Source of the DNA: an uncultured delta proteobacterium
GTDB taxonomy: Bacteria > Desulfobacterota > WTBG01
Direction: 5' to 3'
NCBI GenBank assembly: GCA_963793865.1
Contig: CAWCBP010000001.1
Coordinates: 384,001 to 448,000, forward strand
DNA: 64,000 nucleotides
This document shows, in pieces, positions 20,362 to 29,288 of the stretch (position 1 is the stretch's first letter; every line of letters begins with the position of its first letter). A program made the translations under genes and the position numbers. Under the pieces are notes generated by a model that did no database searches, was not told where the DNA came from, and was given only the letters and a program-made list of their open reading frames with translations.

Positions 20362-22812
20362 ATGAAAACATGGAGCAAGGTATTGGCGGCAGTTCTCGGC
20401 GTGGTTGTTATTGCCGTTATCTGCGCCTGGTTCCTGGTGAAATCCGTCGTGCTGCCGGAAACGGTCAGGGCGACCATAATTCCCCGGCTGGAGGAGATTG
20501 TGAAACAACCGATTTCCTTCAGCCAGATAGACGTGAGCCTCGGCGGCATCATCACCCTGAAAGACATTGCCATCGGGGACGGACAAACTCGTGAGCACGG
20601 ACTTTTGGTCAAGGCCCGCGACATGCTGCTCCACTGCCGGATCCTGCCGCTTCTTTCGAAAAAAATAATCATAGAGCAGATCACCCTGCGGGAGCCGTCT
20701 TTCCGGCTGGTGCGGAATGAATCGGGGCGGTTTAATTTTTGGTCGCCCGGGGAACCGCGCGCTGAGAGGGAGAGGGCCGATGCCGGTGATAGAAACCCGG
20801 CGGGTACGGAACCTGCGCTGAGCCTTAACATCCGCAGCCTGGCCTTTCAGGACGGCACGCTTACGTTCACGGATCATTTCAGGCGCGCTCAGCAGCCACT
20901 GGAAACCATGGTGAAGGACATCAACGGTCGCTTCTCCGATCTGTCTCCGGTTTCACCTTTCTCTTTGGAGATGACGGCGGAAGTTGTGTCACGCTCGCCA
21001 TCCGTGCTCAGGGTCAAGGCAGTAATAGATCCATTGCGCAAGGCGGTGACCTCGGATGTAAAACTCTCCCCATTTGACATTACCTTTTTCGCCCCCTACG
21101 CGCCACCGCTTCCCTTCGCCATAAGCAAGGGATGCTGCTCGCTGGATCTGAAGCTGGCGGTTAACAAGGCACTCGACATTTCCTCCCGGGGAGTAGTGCG
21201 CCTGACCAATGCGGCCCTTGTTCCTCACGAAGCCACTGCCGGCGCTTTATCCGCCGCGTTTGCGGAAATGATCAGCAGCAGCGAGATCAGTCTTGACCAC
21301 GACCTGACCTACCGGCCGGCCGACGACGTGCTGATCATTGAAAAATGCACTGCAGCGATTCGAAAGATGAGCCTGACCCTTAAAGGAAAGGTTGAACAGT
21401 GCCGGACGGAGCCGCGATGCGACATTACGGCGGATGCGGACGGCCTTTCCGCGGCAGACCTGCTCAACACCCTGCCGCATGACCTGCTGCCCGCGGTAAA
21501 AAACATTTCATCATCAGGTCTGACATCGGCCCATCTTTCGGTCAAGGGCAGTTTGCAAAAACCGGATGAATTGGCCGTGGACGGTTCCCTGCTCGTGGAT
21601 AAACTGGTTCTGCAGTCGGACCAGCCTCCCCGCTGGAATCTCCAGGTGGATGGCAGGGCGGAACTTAAAAACGGAGATGTGGTGATACAACAGCTGACGG
21701 CTAAAACGGGCAATTCAACGCTGAACATGAGCGGCACACTGGCCAACTGCTATAAGGGCCCTCTTGCCGCCCGGCTGCGGATCGACTCGCCGTCGCTTGA
21801 CGCGGAAGAGGTGATGAACTGCGTGCGGGAGCTGCGCAAACTGCAAGAGGCGATGGAGGATGGGGATGCGGCGGAAGGCGGGAGGAAAGAGAAGCGGCCG
21901 TCCGATTATTATAGCAGGGTGAAGGTTGATGCCGACGCCGACATTGACCGGTTTACCTATAGAAGCCTTGTCATTTCCGAACTTGAAGCCAACAGCCGGC
22001 TGTCCGGGAAAAAGTTTGTTCTGGAGTCGCTGCGGGGGGTCATGGGTGACGGGGCCTTCTCCGCTTCAGGCAGCATCAGCCCGGAAGGGGAAGAGGGGCT
22101 TGATTGCACCTGCCGGCTGACCGGTAACCGCCTGCAGCTTGCTCAGCTTTTGAAAGCCATCGCTCCGGAGAGAAAGGAAGAGGTGAGCGGCATCGCCGAT
22201 ATTGCGCTCAATATCCAGGGAAGGGGAGAAACATCCGACCTCTTTAAAAAGAATCTTACCGGAGAGGGAAACTTTACGGTCAGGGATGGAACGATATCCG
22301 GCCTGCAATCTCTTGAATCCGTCGCGTCATTCATTAAGATAGACGCCCTTAAAACCCTCTCATTCGATGAGTCGCGCGGGACATTTACCATAAGCGACGG
22401 CGCGATACGCCTGGACAGCAGCCTTAAAGGAAAAGATGTGGAGCTGTATCCCGCGGGAACCATCGGGTTGGACTCATCCCTCGACATGGCCCTGGATATG
22501 CGGCTTGCCCCTCAGCTGTCCGACCAGATCGCTGACGGGGTGCTGACCAGGTATTTTCAGGATGACCGGGGATGGACGCTGCTGAGCCTGGCAATTAAAG
22601 CCCCGCCGGGGGGCGAGGCGGTGATCCTGCCCGCCGCCTCCACCATTAAAAACATAACCGACATGCTGGCTGATATCCTTATCAAGAAGGAAGGCGCGCC
22701 CGCTGACCAGCAGCAGGACAAGAAGAAGGTGCTGGAGGACCTGCTGCATAAGCTGATGCAGAAGTCAAAAAGTGCAGGAGCAGGTGAAGCGGTTCATCCG
22801 CCGTCCGAGTGA
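20362..22812 (+). CDS. AsmA family (AsmA-like/DUF748) envelope protein
   Basis: Single N-terminal TM, LPLLSKKIIIEQITLREP..RNESGRFNF, long amphipathic beta-rich body, NLTGEGNFTVRDGTI C-terminal region; start moved to ATG 20362 after GAGG. Confidence 0.85.
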   Translation: MKTWSKVLAAVLGVVVIAVICAWFLVKSVVLPETVRATIIPRLEEIVKQPISFSQIDVSLGGIITLKDIAIGDGQTREHGLLVKARDMLLHCRILPLLSKKIIIEQITLREPSFRLVRNESGRFNFWSPGEPRAERERADAGDRNPAGTEPALSLNIRSLAFQDGTLTFTDHFRRAQQPLETMVKDINGRFSDLSPVSPFSLEMTAEVVSRSPSVLRVKAVIDPLRKAVTSDVKLSPFDITFFAPYAPPLPFAISKGCCSLDLKLAVNKALDISSRGVVRLTNAALVPHEATAGALSAAFAEMISSSEISLDHDLTYRPADDVLIIEKCTAAIRKMSLTLKGKVEQCRTEPRCDITADADGLSAADLLNTLPHDLLPAVKNISSSGLTSAHLSVKGSLQKPDELAVDGSLLVDKLVLQSDQPPRWNLQVDGRAELKNGDVVIQQLTAKTGNSTLNMSGTLANCYKGPLAARLRIDSPSLDAEEVMNCVRELRKLQEAMEDGDAAEGGRKEKRPSDYYSRVKVDADADIDRFTYRSLVISELEANSRLSGKKFVLESLRGVMGDGAFSASGSISPEGEEGLDCTCRLTGNRLQLAQLLKAIAPERKEEVSGIADIALNIQGRGETSDLFKKNLTGEGNFTVRDGTISGLQSLESVASFIKIDALKTLSFDESRGTFTISDGAIRLDSSLKGKDVELYPAGTIGLDSSLDMALDMRLAPQLSDQIADGVLTRYFQDDRGWTLLSLAIKAPPGGEAVILPAASTIKNITDMLADILIKKEGAPADQQQDKKKVLEDLLHKLMQKSKSAGAGEAVHPPSE

Positions 22813-22819
22813 GGGAGAG

Positions 22820-23093
22820 GACACGAAGGAAGAGGAAAGATGCACGATGCATGATACAGGATGTACGATAGAACAGTCCACGGTTGTCAGTCCGCGGTCT
22901 GGAGATACCAGCACAGCGCATCCGGCATTTAACCACGAAGCACACGAAGGAAAAGCACGAAGCGCACGAAGAGAAACATTGAATCGTAGGGGCAACCCCC
23001 TGTGGTTGCCCCATGATGTCCGGGCAGGCACAGGGGCCTGCCCCTACAGTTGTCAGGATGCAGTTGTGCGGTAGGAGCGGCTTTAAGCCGCGA
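22820..23093. repeat. Mosaic intergenic repeat element, copy 3
   Basis: Same module order as copy 2; CACGAAG array 22932-22975, complete GTAG..CTAC REP doublet 22986-23047, second REP GTAGGAGCGGCTTTAAGCCGCG at 23071. Confidence 0.88.
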
Positions 23094-23121
23094 ATGTATC
23101 TTCTAGCGCGGGGAGGCAACC

Positions 23122-23568
23122 ATTAGACTGGAACATCACACCCTGGTTTCTTTAGGCTTCGGCCTTGCCTTTTATTTCCTCTTCAAGTCCTTCGCCGGCG
23201 CGCTGGTATGCTTTTTTTCCGGGATCCTGGTTGATGTGGATCACTATGTCGATTACGTGAGGGACCGGGGGCTCAATCTCAATCTGAAACGATTCTTCGA
23301 GTACGGCTACGATCTGGAATATGAGCGGCTGTTCATCGTATTTCATGGCTATGAATATTTGGTGCCGCTCGCATTCCTGCTTGTCCTCTCGGAATACAAT
23401 CTCTTCGTGGCGGCGGTGATCACCGGCTTCGCCCAGCACCTGCTCTTTGACCAGTTTACCAACCCGGTAAAGCCCCTTGCCTATTTTATCACCTACCGGT
23501 TGAAAAACAGGTTCAGCAAGGAGTCCATCCTGAGCGATGAATGCCTCCGCTCACTCACAACCGATTAA
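23122..23568 (+). CDS. Small membrane protein, YdjM-like putative metal-dependent hydrolase; probable ATT start
   Basis: Frame is open from 23107. GGAGG at 23112-23116 precedes in-frame ATT 23122 (xRLEHHTLVSLGFG). Motifs LVDVDH, FHGYE, HLLFD. Confidence 0.7.
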   Translation: MRLEHHTLVSLGFGLAFYFLFKSFAGALVCFFSGILVDVDHYVDYVRDRGLNLNLKRFFEYGYDLEYERLFIVFHGYEYLVPLAFLLVLSEYNLFVAAVITGFAQHLLFDQFTNPVKPLAYFITYRLKNRFSKESILSDECLRSLTTD

Positions 23569-24575
23569 ACAATCCGGTAAAGCGCGAGCGCGTCCTCGGT
23601 GAGGGGATCCACCCTGATCACTTCACCGCCTGAACTCCCTGCCTTTCTGCACGTGACCTCCACCCCCTTTTCATTCCGCGCCTTGCTGCAAAAAGCGGTA
23701 ATGGCGGCGGCAATCCGTATGATCTCCGGGCTTGCGGGACCCCGCAGGAGGCTTAAGGGTCCGGGAATGCTGACCAGCTCCAGTTCCAGGTCCGCGCTCG
23801 TGGCCAGTGCAGCTATGCGGTTGTTATCCCGCTCATCCCGCCCCACCACCAGGAGCGTTTTTTCAGCCAGTGCAAAGTGCCTCCCCAGGGTGGTCATGAG
23901 CATCCCTTCAAACGTGCTGTCGTTGAGGTTGTCAAATACCCATTGAAGTCTGGCTGAAATATTGGGATCGGCCAGAAGGCAGCCTCCTGCCGGAGGCGGG
24001 TAGTCTTTGATGCCGTACCTGGCCGCAAGCGCAATCTGGTCTTTCCTGCCCCGTCCCGCGAAATCCAAAAGCCTCGTGCGGTCCACCCATCCCTGCTTTT
24101 CAGGAATGGTGGGCGGCAGGTGCTGGGCGCACAGCGGCCGCACGAGCAGGCCCTTGGCGCCCGAATCATGCTCAATGATGTACAGCGTATCCCGCCGCTG
24201 CGACATGGGCCGCTGGCCGATTACCTCGCCGGTGATGAGAAACGATGCGCCTTCCGCTTCCATGAGTTCCCGGGCCCTGGAGATGAAAAATATCTTGCAG
24301 TCAACACAGGGATTGAGATGCTTGCCGTACCCGTGCCGGGGGTGACGGACCACCTGGGTGTACTCGCGGCCCACGTCAATGACCTCGAGATCAATGCCGT
24401 AGGACCTGCGGGCGTGTTCACGCGCCTCCGCCTCGCGTCCCTTCTTCTGATAGCCGGTAAAGGGGGTGATGAAGTTGAGGGCCTTCACCGCGATTCCCTG
24501 GTCCATGATCACCCGGCAGGCCAGAATGCTGTCCAGCCCGCCGGAAAAAAGTGCCAACGCCTTGATCTGTTGCAT
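23565..24575 (-). CDS. tRNA thiouridylase-like PP-loop ATPase (ThiI/MnmA-related)
   Basis: SGGLDS PP-loop, NPCVDCKI, TGEVIGQRPMSQ, PPAGGCLL, GRHF; start placed at MQQIKALA. Confidence 0.85.
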   Translation of the reverse strand: MQQIKALALFSGGLDSILACRVIMDQGIAVKALNFITPFTGYQKKGREAEAREHARRSYGIDLEVIDVGREYTQVVRHPRHGYGKHLNPCVDCKIFFISRARELMEAEGASFLITGEVIGQRPMSQRRDTLYIIEHDSGAKGLLVRPLCAQHLPPTIPEKQGWVDRTRLLDFAGRGRKDQIALAARYGIKDYPPPAGGCLLADPNISARLQWVFDNLNDSTFEGMLMTTLGRHFALAEKTLLVVGRDERDNNRIAALATSADLELELVSIPGPLSLLRGPASPEIIRIAAAITAFCSKARNEKGVEVTCRKAGSSGGEVIRVDPLTEDALALYRIV

Positions 24576-24761
24576 AGAAGAAAATAGATCCTTTCTGCGT
24601 GGATTTTTGTAAGGAGAAACTTTAGCGATTTGCTCAAGAAATGTCAATGAAACAGTGCGGCATGAGGAAGCATATATATTAGATTAGTTTGATTTTGCGA
24701 GGTATCTATGCTTTAATTACATCAATAAGTAACAAATAATATTATAGTAAGCCGGTTTGAG

Positions 24762-26165
24762 ATGAAAAATTTTTTTACATATCTTTTTTTTATCATTATA
24801 TCACTCGTAATTGCCACGGGATGTAGTAAAAAAGCGGAGGGTCCAAAGCACGTTTTTTTAATCGTGATAGACACCCTTCGTGCTGACCATTTGGGTTGTT
24901 ACGGTTATAAGGCTCCAACCTCACCCACGCTTGATAAGTTAGCTCAAGAAGGAATTATATTTAAAAAAGCATATTCAACGGCAAGCAGTACATTAGAAGG
25001 TACCATCAGCCTTTTTAATGCGACAACTGCTTTAACCAATAAAATTCATACGCTTTCTCCAACTGAATCTCAATTGCTCAGCAAGACAGCCCTTCACAAA
25101 TACCTTAAGGAAGCGGGCTTTAATACGCTTGCTGTAGTTTCCAATCCCTGGTTAAAATATCATCAGAATTATTTTAGGGACGGTTTTAATGATTTTCATT
25201 TTGTAACAAGTGAGTCTTGGGAACAAGCGGGGCTATTCAATACCACATCAGTTGTTACTCAGAGCGTTTTGGACTTTATTGATACCAAAGTAGATATTAC
25301 TGGCAGAAATTTCTTTTACGTTCATTACCTTGATCCGCACGATCCTTATTTCCCGCCGGTTGACTTTGGCTTTTTTTCGGGAGAAGTTCCGCAAGAAAGC
25401 GTATTCGTTCATAGCATTTCGGGAGAGGAAGCGTTGCGAGCCCGATTAATACAAGAGCCAGATTATGTCGGATTGCCTATCCCTGAACCATTACCCAGGA
25501 ATGTTTTTAATTATAAGGTTTCCAGGTACGATTCTGAGATCCGTTATGTTGATTTACATTTGGAAAAACTTCTTGATAAATTAAAGGCGATGAAGATTTT
25601 GGATGACTGCCTTATTATTATTACATCAGACCATGGCGAAGAATTTTTGGAGCATGGTCTTTTAAAACATGGCTTTCAACTCTATGATGAAACCATACAT
25701 ATCCCTCTTATCCTATACTGGAAGGGTCATCTTGATGCGCAATCCCGAGAAACCATTGTCAGCGGGATCGATATTGCCCCTACCATTCTGGATTTTTGTC
25801 AGCTTCAAAAACCCCCTGTCATGATGGGCAACAGTCTTTTGAGCAAGAAAAAGGATGAGCCCATCCTGTTTTGCACTCATTTCATCAATCAGAACCAGAG
25901 GGGCATGAGGATGGGCAAGTGGAAGCTTATCGAAAATGTGGCTACGGGTGAGATGAAGGTGTTTGACATGGACAAGGATCCGGGCGAGCGAAAGAACCTT
26001 TTTACTGATTTCCTGCCGCAGCGGGAGGATATTTTACAGTCTTATAAAAAACTGCTCGAAAACCATTCGGTCAAGACGGATGGACCACAGGATAGAAAAT
26101 CACAGCAACCATTAGAAATGGACACTGAAACACGGGAGCAGTTGGAGACGCTGGGGTATTTGTAG
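24762..26165 (+). CDS. Sulfatase-like lipoprotein
   Basis: IATGC lipobox, [48 protein letters not shown]-terminal LETLGYL; visibly AT-richer than its neighbours. Confidence 0.88.
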   Translation: MKNFFTYLFFIIISLVIATGCSKKAEGPKHVFLIVIDTLRADHLGCYGYKAPTSPTLDKLAQEGIIFKKAYSTASSTLEGTISLFNATTALTNKIHTLSPTESQLLSKTALHKYLKEAGFNTLAVVSNPWLKYHQNYFRDGFNDFHFVTSESWEQAGLFNTTSVVTQSVLDFIDTKVDITGRNFFYVHYLDPHDPYFPPVDFGFFSGEVPQESVFVHSISGEEALRARLIQEPDYVGLPIPEPLPRNVFNYKVSRYDSEIRYVDLHLEKLLDKLKAMKILDDCLIIITSDHGEEFLEHGLLKHGFQLYDETIHIPLILYWKGHLDAQSRETIVSGIDIAPTILDFCQLQKPPVMMGNSLLSKKKDEPILFCTHFINQNQRGMRMGKWKLIENVATGEMKVFDMDKDPGERKNLFTDFLPQREDILQSYKKLLENHSVKTDGPQDRKSQQPLEMDTETREQLETLGYL

Positions 26166-26233
26166 GTTGCTTGTCTTTTCGATGAGGCTTCAGCGACTGA
26201 GGAATTTTATAAGCCTGGGACAGTCATAAACAA

Positions 26234-26442
26234 AGATTTCTCGCTTCGCTCGAAATGACATTCTCGAACATATCCGCATGTAGGGGCGACCGGCCGGTCG
26301 CCCCTACGCGCTATGGCTCGGTTGTATTTCTTTTGTCATCATGAGTGAAACGAAGGATCTGGTTTTTCTTGTGAGAGGCGATGAGATTCTTCGCGGAGCC
26401 TGCCCTGAGCTGAAAATGGAGATTCTTCACTTGGCTCAGAAC
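26234..26442. repeat. REP-like palindrome cluster
   Basis: Perfect 28-bp palindrome GTAGGGGCGACCGGCCGGTCGCCCCTAC at 26280-26307, flanked by AGATTTCTCGCTTCGCTCGAAATGACA and GAGATTCTTC-type units. Confidence 0.85.
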
Positions 26443-26453
26443 AAATGAGGCTG

Positions 26454-26828
26454 TCAACTGATGGCCAGCTCGAAGGCGTCCTTGATCAGTTCCATGTGCT
26501 CTTCCTGCGGGAGCAGGGAGACCGCCACCACGTCGAAGCGGGCCTTCACATTGTGGGCATTGTATTTGTTGATGAAGTGCAGAGCGACCTTTGAAAGCTG
26601 TCCCTGCTTGCGCCGGTTCACGCTCTCCTGCGGCTTTCCGAATTTCTCCGATGCCCGGGTCTTGACCTCGACAAAGGCAAGGACGTCGCCATCTTTGGCG
26701 ATGATGTCCATCTCCCCGAAGACGCACCGGTAGTTCCTGAAGAGAATCTTATAGCCGCCCTTTTTCTTGAGGTAGACGGCGGCAAGGTCCTCGCCCTTTT
26801 TCCCCAGGCTTTGTCTCTTCTCGGTCAT
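26454..26828 (-). CDS. yraN: YraN family protein
   Basis: GKKGEDLA, RNYR..GEMDIIA, FVEVKTR, RFDVVAV; usual position after rnhB. Confidence 0.93.
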   Translation of the reverse strand: MTEKRQSLGKKGEDLAAVYLKKKGGYKILFRNYRCVFGEMDIIAKDGDVLAFVEVKTRASEKFGKPQESVNRRKQGQLSKVALHFINKYNAHNVKARFDVVAVSLLPQEEHMELIKDAFELAIS

Positions 26829-26837
26829 GGAGAGGTC

Positions 26838-27458
26838 CTAAAACCGGCCGGGGGAGTGTTCCTTAACCCCCCTGAATGTCTTGCGATGGAGCGGGCAATA
26901 GCCGTGTTTGCGGATGGCCTCGAGATGCTGCTGCGTCCCGTATCCCTTGTTGCCGGCAAAGTTATAGCAGGGGTAATGGCGGTGATAGATATCCATCATC
27001 CGGTCACGGATGACTTTTGCGATGATGGAGGCGGCGGCAATGGGAAGACTCAGGCTGTCCCCGTCTTTTACGGTTCTCTGGGAGGTGACGTCAGGAATGG
27101 AGTGTATGCCGTCGACCAGTATGTAGTCGACCGGGCAGTTGAGCTGCGCGACCGCGCGGCCCATCGCTCTCAGGCTGGCCTGGAGGATGTTGATCCGGTC
27201 AATCTCCTCATGATCGATAATGCCGATGCCGACCGCGAGCGCGCCGCTCACGATCTCGGCATATGCCTTTTCGCGCTGGAGGGGGGTCAGTTTCTTGGAA
27301 TCGTTGACGCCGGGGAAGGGATGGCGGGGTGGCAAAACAACCGCCGCGGCGACAACCGGACCGGCCAGTGGACCGCGGCCGGCTTCATCGACGCCGGCTA
27401 CATACCGGTAACCTTTGCTGTAGAGAATGCTTTCCGGCGAGCTGTCATTAATAAGCAT
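26838..27458 (-). CDS. rnhB: Ribonuclease HII
   Basis: GVDEAGRGPLAGPV, DSKKL, NILQAS, AASIIAKV, KGYGT, HRKTF; exact start uncertain. Confidence 0.96.
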   Translation of the reverse strand: MLINDSSPESILYSKGYRYVAGVDEAGRGPLAGPVVAAAVVLPPRHPFPGVNDSKKLTPLQREKAYAEIVSGALAVGIGIIDHEEIDRINILQASLRAMGRAVAQLNCPVDYILVDGIHSIPDVTSQRTVKDGDSLSLPIAAASIIAKVIRDRMMDIYHRHYPCYNFAGNKGYGTQQHLEAIRKHGYCPLHRKTFRGVKEHSPGRF

Positions 27459-27508
27459 TTCAGGATGCGCATGCCCGGAAGAGGTTGCCCTGCAGGGCAA
27501 CCCGGATC

Positions 27509-27859
27509 TCAGGCTGTTTCAACCTTTCCCTTGATCCGTGCCGCTTTGCCTTTTAAAGCTCTCAGGTAATAGAGGCGTGATCGTCTCACTCTTCCCTGCT
27601 GCACCAGCTCGATTTTGTCAATGATCGGAGAGTGGAGGGGAAAGATCCTCTCGACGCCGACACCGTAGGAGATTTTCCTGATGGTGAAGCTGGCGCCGGA
27701 TCCGCCCTTCTTCTTTTTTATCACGATCCCTTCGAAGACCTGTATCCTTTCCTTGTCCGCCTCCCGGATGCGCACGTGCACCCGCAACGTGTCGCCTGAT
27801 TTAAAGGCGGGCAGGTCGGTCCTCATCTGTTCTTTTTCAAGTTGCTCGATCAAGTTCAT
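27509..27859 (-). CDS. rplS: 50S ribosomal protein L19
   Basis: [33 protein letters not shown]. Confidence 0.98.
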   Translation of the reverse strand: MNLIEQLEKEQMRTDLPAFKSGDTLRVHVRIREADKERIQVFEGIVIKKKKGGSGASFTIRKISYGVGVERIFPLHSPIIDKIELVQQGRVRRSRLYYLRALKGKAARIKGKVETA

Positions 27860-27899
27860 TGTCCTCTCTCCTCATTTATGCACAGTGCAACATTTGATT

Positions 27900-27947
27900 T
27901 CAAATTCGAAATTCGAATATCGAAACTCGAAACAAATTATTTCAAAT
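27900..27947. repeat. TCGAAAT-type heptamer tandem array between trmD and rplS
   Basis: TCAAATTCGAAATTCGAATATCGAAACTCGAAACAAAT. Confidence 0.75.
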
Positions 27948-27955
27948 AGGCCTGG

Positions 27956-28636
27956 TTACACGTCTGACAGCAGGTCCGGTCTTCGTTCCGCCGTTTTTTT
28001 CAGCGCCTGTTCGCGCCGCCACTGCTCAATCTCCGCGTGATTGCCCGACACCAGCACCTCGGGCACGCTCAATCCCCTGAAATCCCTGGGGCGGGTATAG
28101 TGGGGCGCCTCCAGCATCGGCCGGGTAAAGGACTCTTCAGCCAGGGCGCTGCCGTCGCCGATTACCCCCGGCACCTGACGCGATACGGCGTCAATGATGA
28201 CCATGGCCGCCAGCTCGCCGCCGGTCAAAATGTAATCCCCGATGGAAAGCTCCTCGTCGACGAAAGAGCGCACCCGCTCGTCGACGCCTTCATAGTGCCC
28301 GCAGACCAGGTTCAGGGCTTCACAGTCCGCAAGCCTCACCGCATCCTTCTGGGTGAACCGCTTTCCCTGCGGGGTCATCAGCACCGTCCTGCTTCCGGGG
28401 TATGAGGCCCGCATGGCCTCGATGGCGGCAACCAGGGGCTCCGGTTTCATGACCATTCCCCCGCCCCCGCCGTAGGCCAAATCATCGGTTACGCGGTGTT
28501 TGTCTGTGCAAAAATCCCGCAAGTTCCTCGGCTCAATGGCAATCAGCCCCCGTTCCCGCGCCCGCTTGAGCATGCTCGCGTTAAACGGGTCGCCGAACAT
28601 TTCCGGAAACAGGGTGATGATGTTAAACTGGATCAT
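27956..28636 (-). CDS. trmD: tRNA (guanine37-N1)-methyltransferase
   Basis: [46 protein letters not shown]. Confidence 0.97.
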   Translation of the reverse strand: MIQFNIITLFPEMFGDPFNASMLKRARERGLIAIEPRNLRDFCTDKHRVTDDLAYGGGGGMVMKPEPLVAAIEAMRASYPGSRTVLMTPQGKRFTQKDAVRLADCEALNLVCGHYEGVDERVRSFVDEELSIGDYILTGGELAAMVIIDAVSRQVPGVIGDGSALAEESFTRPMLEAPHYTRPRDFRGLSVPEVLVSGNHAEIEQWRREQALKKTAERRPDLLSDV

Positions 28637-28675
28637 GATGAAGCCGGTGCCACGCTCGCAGGCAGCAGGGGGTGC

Positions 28676-28906
28676 CTACTCGATAATTTCCAGGATGGTT
28701 CTCTTTTTTTCCTTGGTGGAGGCGGCGCTGAGTATGGTCCGCATCGCCCGGGCGGTCTTGCCCTGCTTGCCAATGACTTTCCCCAGGTCCTCCTTGTTAA
28801 CGCTCAGCTCGATGACCGACGTTCTTTCACCTTCCACCTCTGTAACCTTGACCGCCTCAGGATGATCGACCAGCGATTTAGCGATGTACTCAATCAGTTC
28901 CTTCAT
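28676..28906 (-). CDS. khpA: KH-domain RNA-binding protein
   Basis: [34 protein letters not shown]; follows rpsP. Confidence 0.93.
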   Translation of the reverse strand: MKELIEYIAKSLVDHPEAVKVTEVEGERTSVIELSVNKEDLGKVIGKQGKTARAMRTILSAASTKEKKRTILEIIE

Positions 28907-28994
28907 CTCGGTATCCTCCGCTACAGGTGCACATTGACCGTCACGGCCAAAAGACCGCATGCAGGGTGAACATGCGAAAAAGTCCGGGGAGGCT

Positions 28995-29264
28995 TTATTC
29001 CGCTTTGGCTTCCGCCGCGGGCACCGCCACGACCGCTTTCTTGATGAGCTGCTTCACGGTCTGGGTCGGCTGCGCGCCCTTCCTGATCCACTCGGCGATG
29101 CGGGCGGCGTTCAAAACCACCGCGGGCGGATTCGCGCGGGGATCGTAGGTTCCCACCCGCTCGATGAACCGTCCGTTCCTGGGGCAGACGCCGTCAGCAA
29201 CAACGATGCGGTAGAAGGGTTTCTTGTGTGCGCCAAAACGGGCTAATCTGATTTTTACTGACAT
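28995..29264 (-). CDS. rpsP: 30S ribosomal protein S16
   Basis: [29 protein letters not shown]. Confidence 0.98.
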   Translation of the reverse strand: MSVKIRLARFGAHKKPFYRIVVADGVCPRNGRFIERVGTYDPRANPPAVVLNAARIAEWIRKGAQPTQTVKQLIKKAVVAVPAAEAKAE

Positions 29265-29288
29265 CTTCTTTGCACCTCATAAAAATAG

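Noticed and set aside
17744..23047. Recurring CACGAAG/REP units as a CRISPR array
   Set aside because: Copies are kilobases apart, there is no regular repeat-spacer period, and no cas genes are present.
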